59,190 nucleotides of DNA, from the NCBI GenBank assembly GCA_035539315.1, contig DATLIR010000047.1, forward strand, positions 1-59,190, given 5' to 3'. Both the position numbers and the translations under genes were made by a program. A model generated the notes under the pieces. It worked only from the letters and a program-made list of their open reading frames with translations. It was not told the DNA's origin and did no database searches. Position 1 is the stretch's first letter. The number at the start of each line of letters is the position of its first letter. The stretch comes from Casimicrobiaceae bacterium (GTDB lineage Bacteria > Pseudomonadota > Gammaproteobacteria > Burkholderiales > Casimicrobiaceae). Positions 19,143 to 32,101 of the stretch are shown one piece after another.

Positions 19143-22100
19143 TTGCGCCTCACCCAGATCAAGCTCGCCGGCTTCAAGTCGTTCGTCGATCCGACGTCGA
19201 TCGCCACCCCCGGCCAGCTGGTCGGCATCGTCGGCCCCAACGGCTGCGGCAAGTCCAACGTCATCGACGCGGTGCGCTGGGTGCTAGGCGAGTCGAAGGC
19301 CTCGGCGCTGCGCGGCGAGTCGATGCAGGACGTGATCTTCAACGGCGCCGGCGACCGCAAGCCGGTCGGGCGCGCGTCGGTCGAGCTCTACTTCGACAAC
19401 AGCACCGGCCGCATCGGCGGGCAGTGGGGCCAGTACGCCGAGCTGTCGATCAAGCGCGTGCTGACGCGCGACGGCGACAGCTCCTACTACATCAACAACA
19501 TCCCGGTTCGCCGCCGCGACATCTACGACTTGTTCCTCGGCACCGGCCTCGGGCCCCGCGCCTACGCCATCATCGAGCAGGGGATGATCTCGCGGGTGAT
19601 CGAGGCCAAGCCCGAGGAGCTTCGCGTGTTCCTCGAGGAGGCGGCCGGCGTCTCCAAGTACCGCGAGCGGCGCAAGGAGACCGAGAGCCGCCTCGCCGAC
19701 ACGCGCGAGAACCTGTCGCGCGTCGAGGACATCCGCCTCGAGCTCGGTGCCCAGCTCGAGCGCCTCGAGCACCAGGCGAAGGTCGCCAGCGAGTACCGCG
19801 AGATGGAGGCGCGCCTGAAGCAGGCGCAGCACCTGTCGTGGTACGCGAAGCAGCAGGAGGCGGTGCGCGCCCGCGAGCGCGCCAACCACGAGCTCGCCGA
19901 GGTCACCACCGCGCTCGAAGCGCTGCAGGCGGAGCTGCGCAGCGCCGAAGCCGGGTTGGAAGCGCTGCGCCGCGACCACTACGCGGCGGGCGACACGCTG
20001 CACGACAAGCAGGGGGGGTTCTACGCCGCCAACGCGGAGGTCACGCGCCTCGAGCAGCAGCTCGCGTTCGCGCGCGATTCGGAGAGCCGCATCGGCGAGC
20101 AGGTCGCCGAGCTCGCTGCGCAACTCGCCGCACTGACAGGCCAGGCGTCCGCGCTGGACGCCGACCGCGCCTCGCTCGATGGCGCCCTCGAGGCCGCGCT
20201 GTCGTCGCGCGAGCGCGCGACCGAGGAGGAGCGTGCCGCGCAGGCGGCGCTGCCCGCGCTGGAGGCCGCCCTCGCCACCGCCACGCAGGCGCTCGACGTC
20301 GAGCAGCAGCACATCACCGACGCCGAGCAGAACGCGCGCGTCGCCGAGACGCGGCGCGACAACGTCGGCCGGATGATCGCGCAGCTCGCCGAGCGGCGGG
20401 CGCGCATCGCGGCCGAGATCGCCGCGCTGCCCGGCCCCGACAACGACCCGATCCGCGAGGTCGAATCGCAGCTCGCGCAGGAGAACGCGGACCTTGCCGG
20501 CAAGCAGGCGTCGATCGAGGCGATGCAGGCCGCGGTCGAGGCGGTCCAGGCGCGCGTGCGCGACGCGGCCGAGGCCTGGCAGCGCGACAGCCGCACGCTG
20601 GCCGACGTCGAGGCGCGCGCCCAGGCGCTCGCCGCGCTGCAGGCCAAGGTGGGCCACGGCGAGGACCGCGACGAATGGCTCGACCGCGTCGGGCTCGCCC
20701 GCGCGACGCTGCTGTACACGGCGCTCGACGTGCAGGGCGGCTGGAACGACGCGCTCGAGGCGGTGCTGCGCGAGCGCCTGGAAGCCGTCGAGCTGCCGAC
20801 GCTCGATCGCTCGCTCGACTGGGAAAGCGACGCGGCGGGACCGCCGGTGCGCCTCGCCGTCTACGCGCCTTCGCCGGCGCGGCACGGAGCCGCGGCCGGC
20901 GCGGACACGCTGCTCGCGAAGGTGCGCGTCAGGCGTCCCGAGGTGTCGCGCCTGGTCGCCGACGCGCTCGACGGCGTCCGCTGCCGCGACTCGCTCTCCG
21001 CGGCGCTCGCCGATCGTGACGCACTCGGCGTGGGCGAGAGCTTCGTCACGCGGGCCGGCCACCTGGTCACCGCGCAGACCGTCACCCTGTTCCGTCCCGA
21101 CGGCGACCTGCACGGCGTGCTCGCGCGCCAGTCCGAGCTCGAGGACCTCGACGCGCGCCTGGGCCCGCTGCGCGAAACCGCCGCCGCGGCGCGCGCCGAG
21201 CTGGAGACGGCCGAAGGGGAGCAGAAGACCCGGCAGCAGGCGTGGCACCTCGAGACGCAGGCGCTCGCCTCGCAGCAGCGCCGCTGCCACGAGCTCGAGC
21301 TCGAGCTGATGCAGCTCACGCAGGCGGCCGAGGCCGCCCAGAAGCGCCGCGCCGACCTGGTGCGCGACGAGGCCGATCTCGCCGCGTCGATCGCGCAGGA
21401 GGAGCGCCAGCGCGACGCCGCCGTGCGCGAGATCGCCGACCTGCAATCGGGGCTGCACGACCGCTTCGGCGCGCGTGACGCCGCGCGCACGGCGCGCAAC
21501 GAGCACGACGTGGCGCTGGCGCGCGGACGCGAGCGGTTGCGCGTCGCCGAGCGCACGGCGCAGGAAGCCGCGTTCGCCGAGCGCAGCGTGCGCGACCGCC
21601 TCGCCGACCTCGAGCGCCGCCGCGAGGGCCTGATCGGGCAGGTGGCCCAGCAGCAGGCGCTGCAGGCGCGCCTGACCGGCGAGCGCGCGGCGATCGACTG
21701 GACGCCGGTCGAGGAGGCGCTGCAGCGCCAGCTGGCGACGCGCGCCGAGGCCGAGCAGGCACTCGCCGCGGCGCGCGACCGGCTCGAAGGGCTGGGCGCG
21801 CAGCTTCGCGCCGGCGAGGAAGCGCGCCTCGCGCGCGAGCAGGCGCTCGAGCCCGCCCGCACGCGCATCGGCGACATGCACCTCAAGGTGCAGGCCGCGA
21901 GCCTGGCGGAGGCGCAGTTCACCGAGCAGCTCGTCGAAGCCAGCGCCGACGTCGCGAGCCTGCCCGACGCGCTGAAGGCCTGGGGTCGCGCGTCGACGCT
22001 GCCGGGGGAGATCGTGCGCCTCACCGCGGCGATCGCCGAGCTCGGCGCGGTCAACCTCGCCGCGCTCGACGAGCTCACGCAGGCGCGCGAGCGCAAGGAC

Positions 22101-22670
22101 TACCTCGACCGCCAGGCGGCCGACCTCACCGAGGCGATGGCGACGCTCGAATCCGCGATCCGCCAGATCGACCGTGAATCGCGCGCGCTCCTGCAGCAGA
22201 CCTTCGACCTCGTCAACACCAACTTCGGCAAGCTGTTCCCGGCGCTGTTCGGCGGCGGCCAGGCGCGCCTCGTGCTGACCGGCGAAGAGATCCTCGATTC
22301 GGGCGTGCAGGTGTTCGCGCAGCCGCCCGGCAAGCGCAACACGTCGATCCACCTGCTCTCCGGCGGCGAGAAGGCGCTCACCGCGACCTCGCTCGTATTC
22401 GCGCTGTTCCAGATCAACCCGGCGCCGTTCTGCCTGCTCGACGAAGTCGACGCACCGCTCGACGACCCCAACACCGAGCGCTTCTGCCGCCTGGTGCGCA
22501 CGATGTCGGCCGAGACGCAGTTCCTGTTCATCTCGCACAACAAGATCACGATGGAGCTCGCGCACCAGCTGATCGGCATCACGATGCAGGAGCCGGGCGT
22601 TTCCCGCGTCGTCGCCGTCGACATCGCCGAGGCGATCGACCTCGCCGCGAGCACCGCGAAGGCGGCGTGA
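19143..22670 (+). CDS. smc: Chromosome segregation protein SMC
   Basis: TTG start (MRLTQIKLAGFKSF), GPNGCGKSN, long coiled coils, LSGGE and LLDEVDAPLD. TATAAT at 19058-19063 upstream. Confidence 0.96.
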   Translation: MRLTQIKLAGFKSFVDPTSIATPGQLVGIVGPNGCGKSNVIDAVRWVLGESKASALRGESMQDVIFNGAGDRKPVGRASVELYFDNSTGRIGGQWGQYAELSIKRVLTRDGDSSYYINNIPVRRRDIYDLFLGTGLGPRAYAIIEQGMISRVIEAKPEELRVFLEEAAGVSKYRERRKETESRLADTRENLSRVEDIRLELGAQLERLEHQAKVASEYREMEARLKQAQHLSWYAKQQEAVRARERANHELAEVTTALEALQAELRSAEAGLEALRRDHYAAGDTLHDKQGGFYAANAEVTRLEQQLAFARDSESRIGEQVAELAAQLAALTGQASALDADRASLDGALEAALSSRERATEEERAAQAALPALEAALATATQALDVEQQHITDAEQNARVAETRRDNVGRMIAQLAERRARIAAEIAALPGPDNDPIREVESQLAQENADLAGKQASIEAMQAAVEAVQARVRDAAEAWQRDSRTLADVEARAQALAALQAKVGHGEDRDEWLDRVGLARATLLYTALDVQGGWNDALEAVLRERLEAVELPTLDRSLDWESDAAGPPVRLAVYAPSPARHGAAAGADTLLAKVRVRRPEVSRLVADALDGVRCRDSLSAALADRDALGVGESFVTRAGHLVTAQTVTLFRPDGDLHGVLARQSELEDLDARLGPLRETAAAARAELETAEGEQKTRQQAWHLETQALASQQRRCHELELELMQLTQAAEAAQKRRADLVRDEADLAASIAQEERQRDAAVREIADLQSGLHDRFGARDAARTARNEHDVALARGRERLRVAERTAQEAAFAERSVRDRLADLERRREGLIGQVAQQQALQARLTGERAAIDWTPVEEALQRQLATRAEAEQALAAARDRLEGLGAQLRAGEEARLAREQALEPARTRIGDMHLKVQAASLAEAQFTEQLVEASADVASLPDALKAWGRASTLPGEIVRLTAAIAELGAVNLAALDELTQARERKDYLDRQAADLTEAMATLESAIRQIDRESRALLQQTFDLVNTNFGKLFPALFGGGQARLVLTGEEILDSGVQVFAQPPGKRNTSIHLLSGGEKALTATSLVFALFQINPAPFCLLDEVDAPLDDPNTERFCRLVRTMSAETQFLFISHNKITMELAHQLIGITMQEPGVSRVVAVDIAEAIDLAASTAKAA

Positions 22671-22729
22671 GCCCCGGGTTATCGCGGTCGCCGGGTCTAT
22701 AATCGGTCGCGGCGCCTCGCCCGCCCCCC

Positions 22730-26863
<4,134 letters not shown>

Positions 26864-26867
<4 letters not shown>

Positions 26868-27748
26868 CGCTGAACGAGCTGCGCTACATCGTGGCCGTGG
26901 CGCAGGAGCGGAGCTTCGGGCGTGCAGCGGCCAAGTGCTTCGTGAGCCAGCCCGCGCTGTCGGTCGCGATCCACAAGCTCGAAGACGAGCTGGGGGCGCC
27001 GCTGTTCGAGCGCGGGAAGTCCGAAATCACCGTCACGCCGGTGGGCGAGCGCATCGTCGAGCAGGCGCAGCGCGTGCTCGAGGAAGCCTCGCGCATCCGC
27101 GAGCTCGCGCAGGCCGGGCGCAACCAGCTTGCCGGGAGCCTCAAGCTGGGCGTCATCTACACCGTCGCGCCCTACCTCTTGCCCGACCTCGTGCCGGTGC
27201 TGCGCAAGCTCGCGCCCCAGATGCCGCTCGAGCTCGAGGAGAACCTGACCGAGGTGCTCGAAGCCGAGCTCAAGCGCGGGCGGCTCGATGCGGCGATCGT
27301 CGCTCTGCCGTTCGACCCGCCCGGCGTGACCACCGTGTTCCTCTACGAGGAGCCGTTCCAGGTGGTCGTGCCCAACGACCACAAATGGGCGAAGCGCAAG
27401 AGCGTGCACCCCGACGAGCTCGCCGGCGAGCACGCGATCCTGCTCAACGTCGGCCACTGCTTCCGCGACCAGGTGCTCGACGCCTGTCCGGAGCTCAACC
27501 GCCAGGACGTGCCGACGGCGCGCACCAACTCGCTCGAGACGGTCCGCAACATGGTCGCCTCGGGGCTGGGCGTCTCGGTGCTGCCGCGCGATGCGCTGAC
27601 GCCCAAGTACCACAGCCGCCTGGTCGTCCCGGTCCCGTTCTCGCGGCCGGTGCCGTCGCGCCGCATCGTGCTCGCGTACCGAAAGAGCTTTCCACGCCCG
27701 CAGGCGATCGAGGCGGTGCGCGCGGGCGTCGCGAAGGTGCGCGACTAG
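26864..27748 (+). CDS. oxyR: Hydrogen peroxide-inducible LysR regulator OxyR
   Basis: LysR HTH (CFVSQPALS) and redox Cys pair GHCFRDQVLDAC with C199/C208 spacing; SLETVRNMVASG. Confidence 0.9.
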
Positions 27749-27787
27749 CGTCGGAACCCGGCTCGCCGTTGGAGCCGGACCGGCCGT

Positions 27788-28477
27788 TCACAGCGACGCG
27801 ACGATGGATGCCACCTCGGCGAGCGAACCCACGGCGTACGCAGGAGGGGCCGCATGACGCTCGAACGGCACGCCCGCGCGGTTGATCCAGAACGCCGTCA
27901 ACCCGCAGGCCTGGGCGCCCGCGGCGTCCCAGGCGTTCGCGGACACGAACGCGATCGAGGCGGCATCGACGCCGAGACGCTCGACGGCGAGCGCGTAGAC
28001 GCCGGGCGCGGGCTTGTAGACGCCGGCCTCGTCGACCGAGATGCAGCCGTCGAGGACGTCGTCGAGCCCTGCCGCCGTAATGAGCGGATCGAGCATCGCG
28101 CGCGACCCGTTCGACAGGATCCAGCGCGGCCGCGGCGCCAGCGCGTCGAGCGCGGCGCGCGCGTCGGCAAACAGGGCGAGGCGCCCATACTCGCCGGCGA
28201 GCTCGTGCTGCGCGGCGCGGTCGAGCGGCAGCACCAGCGCGGCGACCGCATACTCGAGCGCCATCGCGGTGATCGCCCGGAAATCGGGGCGGGCGTAGCG
28301 CGGACCGGTCATCAGGCTCGCGAGCCACGTGTACTCGAGCTGCTTGTTGCGCCAGACGCGCGCGAGGTCGGCGCCGTGGCCCGGCGCGAGCTTCTCGGCG
28401 CGCGCGGCGACGCTCTGCACGTCGAAGAGCGTGCCGTAGGCGTCGAAGACGCAGGCGGTGATGGCGGGACTCGGCAT
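27788..28477 (-). CDS. Haloacid dehalogenase type II
   Basis: FDAYGTLFDV, WRNKQLEYTW, LSNG, YKP and VSANAWD. Confidence 0.9.
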   Translation of the reverse strand: MPSPAITACVFDAYGTLFDVQSVAARAEKLAPGHGADLARVWRNKQLEYTWLASLMTGPRYARPDFRAITAMALEYAVAALVLPLDRAAQHELAGEYGRLALFADARAALDALAPRPRWILSNGSRAMLDPLITAAGLDDVLDGCISVDEAGVYKPAPGVYALAVERLGVDAASIAFVSANAWDAAGAQACGLTAFWINRAGVPFERHAAPPAYAVGSLAEVASIVASL

Positions 28478-28572
28478 GCACAAGGCGGCGATGGGCGATG
28501 GCAAGATCACGTCGCGCACGCCCGGCGCACCGTTCCTATCGTCTATCGCCCATCACCTATCGCCGCTGCACC

Positions 28573-28607
28573 AAAAAAAAAGGGGTTACGCTTTGCGCAT
28601 AACCCCT
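28573..28607 (-). terminator. Rho-independent terminator of tRNA-Val
   Basis: Minus strand GGGGTTATGC-loop-GCGTAACCCC followed by a run of 9 T. Confidence 0.88.
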
Positions 28608-28617
28608 CGGTTCGATG

Positions 28618-28692
28618 TGGTGGGCATTGCTGGGTTCGAACCAGCGACCCCTGCCGTGTGAAGGCAGTGCTCTACCACTGAGCTAAACGCCC
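28618..28692 (-). tRNA. tRNA-Val(CAC)
   Basis: Minus strand reads GGGCGTTTAGCTCAGTGGTAGAGCA-CTGCC TT CAC AC GGCAG...GGTTCGAACCC...AATGCCC ACCA. Confidence 0.97.
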
Positions 28693-28715
28693 CGCGAACC
28701 CAGACAGGAGCCATG

Positions 28716-28744
28716 ATTAAAGCACAAGGGGCAGGTCGAGTAAA
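28716..28744 (-). promoter_or_regulatory. Putative sigma70 promoter of tRNA-Val
   Basis: Minus strand TTTACT-17 nt-TTTAAT. Confidence 0.55.
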
Positions 28745-28783
28745 CCGATCGAGCGGGGCTTGGACATCCAGGAGCGTCTGCTT

Positions 28784-28822
28784 TGCACCTGCTGGGTGCG
28801 CTGGACGAACCAAATTGGTGCA
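28784..28822. promoter_or_regulatory. Two NtrC-like binding sites
   Basis: TGCACC-TGCTG-GGTGCG (28784-28800) and CGAACC-AAATT-GGTGCA (28806-28822) against the consensus TGCACC-N5-GGTGCA; offset by 22 bp. Confidence 0.72.
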
Positions 28823-28862
28823 TTTCTACCTCCTGGAGCCACTTACCCCCCGGTTTCCGCTA

Positions 28863-28878
28863 TGGCTCGCCGCTTGCT
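28863..28878 (+). promoter_or_regulatory. sigma54 (-24/-12) promoter of the ATP-grasp/Anbu operon
   Basis: TGGCTCGCCGCTTGCT has exact GG-N10-GC spacing, 30 nt before ATG 28909. Confidence 0.8.
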
Positions 28879-28908
28879 AGCTCCCCACGATCGCCCGCCG
28901 ACCGCCTG

Positions 28909-30321
28909 ATGCCGCCCGCCTTCTACGACGAGATGCACGACGCTACGGGTGCGGTGCGGCCGCACTACAAGCCGGTCGCCGAGTGGCTCGCCAACACGCC
29001 CGCGCCGCGGATCGCCCAGAAGCGCGACGAGGCGGAGCGCGCGTTCCACCGGCTCGGCATCACGTTCGCCGTGACCGGCGAGGAGACCGGCACCGAGCGG
29101 CTGATCCCGTTCGACCTGGTGCCGCGCATCATCGCGGCCGCCGAATGGGACGTGCTCGAGCGCGGGCTGGTCCAGCGCGTGCGTGCGCTGAACGCGTTCC
29201 TCGACGACGTCTACCACGACCAGAAGATCCTCGACGGCGGGCCGGTGCCGGCCGACCGCATCCTCGGCAACACGCAGTACCGCGCCGAGATGCGCGGCGT
29301 CGACGTGCCGGGCCGCATCTACGCGCACGTCGCCGGCGTCGACGTCGTGCGGGCGGGCGCGGGCGAGTTCTACGTGCTGGAGGACAACCTGCGCGTTCCC
29401 TCGGGCGTGAGCTACATGCTCGAGAACCGCAAGATGATGATGCGCCTGTTGCCGGAGCTCTTCGCCGCGCTCTCGGTGCGGCCGGTGCAGCATTACCCGG
29501 ACGTCCTGCTCGACAACCTGCGCGGCGTCTCGCCCGAGCGCGACGACCCCACCGTCGCGGTTCTCACGCCCGGCCCATGGAATTCGGCCTATTTCGAGCA
29601 CACCTTCCTCGCCCAGCAGATGGGCGTCGAGCTGGTCGAGGGGCAGGACCTGTTCGTCCGCGACGACAACGTCTACATGAAGACGACCAAGGGGCCGGAG
29701 CGGGTCCACGTGATCTACCGGCGCGTCGACGACGACTTCCTCGACCCTCGCGCCTTCAGGGCCGACTCGATGCTCGGGGTGCCGGGGCTGTTCTCGGCCT
29801 ACCGAGCCGGGCGCGTGACGCTTGCGAACGCGATCGGCACCGGCGTGGCCGACGACAAGTCGATCTACCCCTACGTGCCGGAGATGATCCGCTGGTACCT
29901 GGCGGAGGAGCCGATCCTGCACAACGTGCCGACGTTCCAGTGCCATCGCCGCGAGGAACGAGAACACGTCATCGCGCACCTGTCCGAGCTGGTGGTGAAG
30001 GAAACGCACGGCGCGGGCGGGTACGGGATGCTGGTCGGCCCGGCCTCCACGACGGCCGAGCGCGAGGCGTTCCGGGCGCGCATCCTCGCCGAGCCGGACA
30101 AGTACATCGCGCAGCCCACGCTGGCGCTGTCGACCTGTCCCACCTTCGTCGAGGCCGGCGTGGCGCCGCGCCACATCGACCTGCGGCCCTACGTGCTGTC
30201 CGGCAAGTCGGTCAACGTCGTACCGGGCGGCCTCACGCGCGTCGCGCTGCGCGAAGGCTCGCTGGTGGTCAACTCGTCGCAAGGCGGCGGCACCAAGGAC
30301 ACCTGGGTGCTGGCGGATTAG
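28909..30321 (+). CDS. Circularly permuted type 2 ATP-grasp protein
   Basis: YDEM...VRPHY, LIPFDLVPR, VLEDNLRVPSGVSY, SAYFEH, VIYRRVDD, GAGGYG, DLRPY and VVNSSQGGGTKDTW. Confidence 0.93.
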   Translation: MPPAFYDEMHDATGAVRPHYKPVAEWLANTPAPRIAQKRDEAERAFHRLGITFAVTGEETGTERLIPFDLVPRIIAAAEWDVLERGLVQRVRALNAFLDDVYHDQKILDGGPVPADRILGNTQYRAEMRGVDVPGRIYAHVAGVDVVRAGAGEFYVLEDNLRVPSGVSYMLENRKMMMRLLPELFAALSVRPVQHYPDVLLDNLRGVSPERDDPTVAVLTPGPWNSAYFEHTFLAQQMGVELVEGQDLFVRDDNVYMKTTKGPERVHVIYRRVDDDFLDPRAFRADSMLGVPGLFSAYRAGRVTLANAIGTGVADDKSIYPYVPEMIRWYLAEEPILHNVPTFQCHRREEREHVIAHLSELVVKETHGAGGYGMLVGPASTTAEREAFRARILAEPDKYIAQPTLALSTCPTFVEAGVAPRHIDLRPYVLSGKSVNVVPGGLTRVALREGSLVVNSSQGGGTKDTWVLAD

Positions 30322-30333
30322 GGCCTGTCCAAG

Positions 30334-31290
30334 ATGCTCTCGCGCACCGCCAACGACCTCTACTGGGTCGGCCGCCATGTCGAGCGGGCCGAGAACACGG
30401 CACGCCTGCTCGACGTCACCTACCGGACCTCGATGCTGCCCTACCACGAGCAGGAGCCCGGCCTCGCGTGGGCGGAGCCGTGGGCGGTGCCGCTGGTCAC
30501 CTGCGGGCTCGCGACCGGGTTCTACGCCCGCCACCAGAAGCTCTCGGCCGAGAGCGTGCTCCGCTACATGATCCTCGACGCCGGCAACCCGTCGTCGATC
30601 TGGTCGTGCCTGCGCGCCGCCCGCGAGACCGGCCGCGCGGTCCGGGGCGCGATGACCTCGGAGATGTACGAGGACCTGAACGCGGCCTGGCTCGAGATGC
30701 GCAACATCGACTTCGACGGCGTCCAGTCGCGCGGGATCAGCGAGTTCCTCGACTGGGTCAAGATGCGCTCGCACCAGTTCCGCGGCGTCACCGTCGGGAC
30801 CATGCTGCGCGACGAGGCGTACAGCTTCCTGCGCCTCGGGACCCACCTCGAACGCGCCGACAACACGGCGCGCATCCTCGACACCAAGTACCACATCCTG
30901 CTGCCCTCGGCAGCCGACGTCGGCGGGGCGGTGGACTACTACCAGTGGGCGTCGCTGCTCCAGTCGGTGTCCGGCTTCGAGTCCTACCGGCGCATCTACA
31001 GCGACGTGATCTCTCCGCGGCGCGTGGCCGAGCTCCTGGTGCTGCGCGCCGACATGCCGCGCTCGCTGCACGCCTGCATGAACCTGATCGACGACATCCT
31101 GCGCGAGCTCACCGACGAGCGCAGCCGCGAGCTCGAGCGCATGAGCGGCGAGCTCCACGCGCGCCTCCACTACGGGCGCACCGACGACATCATGCGCTTC
31201 GGGCTGCACGAGTACCTGATGGACTTCCTGCAGCGCGTCCACGCCCTAGGAAGCGAGGTCGCGCGTCGCTTCCTCGTCCCGGCGGCGTGA
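30334..31290 (+). CDS. Alpha-E domain protein
   Basis: MLSRTANDLYWVGRHVERAENTARLLD and a second ER motif LGTHLERADNTARILD; MPRSL. Confidence 0.92.
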   Translation: MLSRTANDLYWVGRHVERAENTARLLDVTYRTSMLPYHEQEPGLAWAEPWAVPLVTCGLATGFYARHQKLSAESVLRYMILDAGNPSSIWSCLRAARETGRAVRGAMTSEMYEDLNAAWLEMRNIDFDGVQSRGISEFLDWVKMRSHQFRGVTVGTMLRDEAYSFLRLGTHLERADNTARILDTKYHILLPSAADVGGAVDYYQWASLLQSVSGFESYRRIYSDVISPRRVAELLVLRADMPRSLHACMNLIDDILRELTDERSRELERMSGELHARLHYGRTDDIMRFGLHEYLMDFLQRVHALGSEVARRFLVPAA

Positions 31291-31336
31291 AGCCGCCCGC
31301 GTCCGCTAGAATCCGCGCTTTCGCCCACCGGCATCC

Positions 31337-32068
31337 ATGACCTACTGTGTCGCCATGTCGCTCGACGCGGGCCTCCTGTTCGCGTCTGACTCGCGCACCA
31401 ACGCCGGCGTCGACCAGATCGCGCGCTTCTCGAAGATGCGCGTGTACGCGAAGGACGGCGACCGTGTCATCGTCACGCTGACCTCGGGCAACCTGTCGAT
31501 CACGCAGAACGTGCTGTCGACGCTCGAGCAGCGGATGCGTACCGGCGAGAGCACGCTCAGCCTGATGAACGCGCAGTCGATGTTCGACGCGACGCGGCTG
31601 GTCGGCGACGCGTTGCGCGAGGTCAAGACGCGCGACGGCCCCTACCTGGTGCAGAACAACGTCGACAGCTCGGCCAACTTCATCGTCGGCGGCCAGGTGC
31701 GTGGCGAGCCGCCTCGCCTGTTCCAGGTCTACGGCGAGGGCAACTTCATCGAGGCGACCGCCGACACGCCGTACTTCCAGATCGGCGAGAGCAAGTACGG
31801 CAAGCCGGTGATCGACCGTGTGATCACGCGCGCCACCTCGCTGTCGGCGGCGACCAAGTGCATCCTGGTGTCGTTCGACTCGACCATGCGCTCGAACATC
31901 TCGGTCGGGCTGCCGATCGACCTCGTCTCCTACGAGACCGATCAGCTCCGCGTGCGCATGCAGCGGCGCATCGACGAGTCCGACCCGTACTTCCGCATGG
32001 TGCACGAGCAGTGGGGCGAGGGCCTGCGGCGGGTGTTCGCCGACCTGCCGGACCCGAACTGGGCCTAG
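31337..32068 (+). CDS. anbu: Anbu proteasome-type Ntn protease
   Basis: M-TYCVAM (Thr1 nucleophile after Met removal), SDSRTNAGVD, GNLSITQ, QIGESKYGKP and SNISVGLPID. Confidence 0.92.
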   Translation: MTYCVAMSLDAGLLFASDSRTNAGVDQIARFSKMRVYAKDGDRVIVTLTSGNLSITQNVLSTLEQRMRTGESTLSLMNAQSMFDATRLVGDALREVKTRDGPYLVQNNVDSSANFIVGGQVRGEPPRLFQVYGEGNFIEATADTPYFQIGESKYGKPVIDRVITRATSLSAATKCILVSFDSTMRSNISVGLPIDLVSYETDQLRVRMQRRIDESDPYFRMVHEQWGEGLRRVFADLPDPNWA

Positions 32069-32101
32069 GGCTGACGGACCCCGGGCCGTTCGGCGACCTC
32101 C

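Noticed and set aside
27758-27778. Hairpin CCGGCTC/GAGCCGG between oxyR and the HAD gene as a terminator
   Set aside because: Short stem with no U-tract on either strand, which could arise by chance at this GC content.
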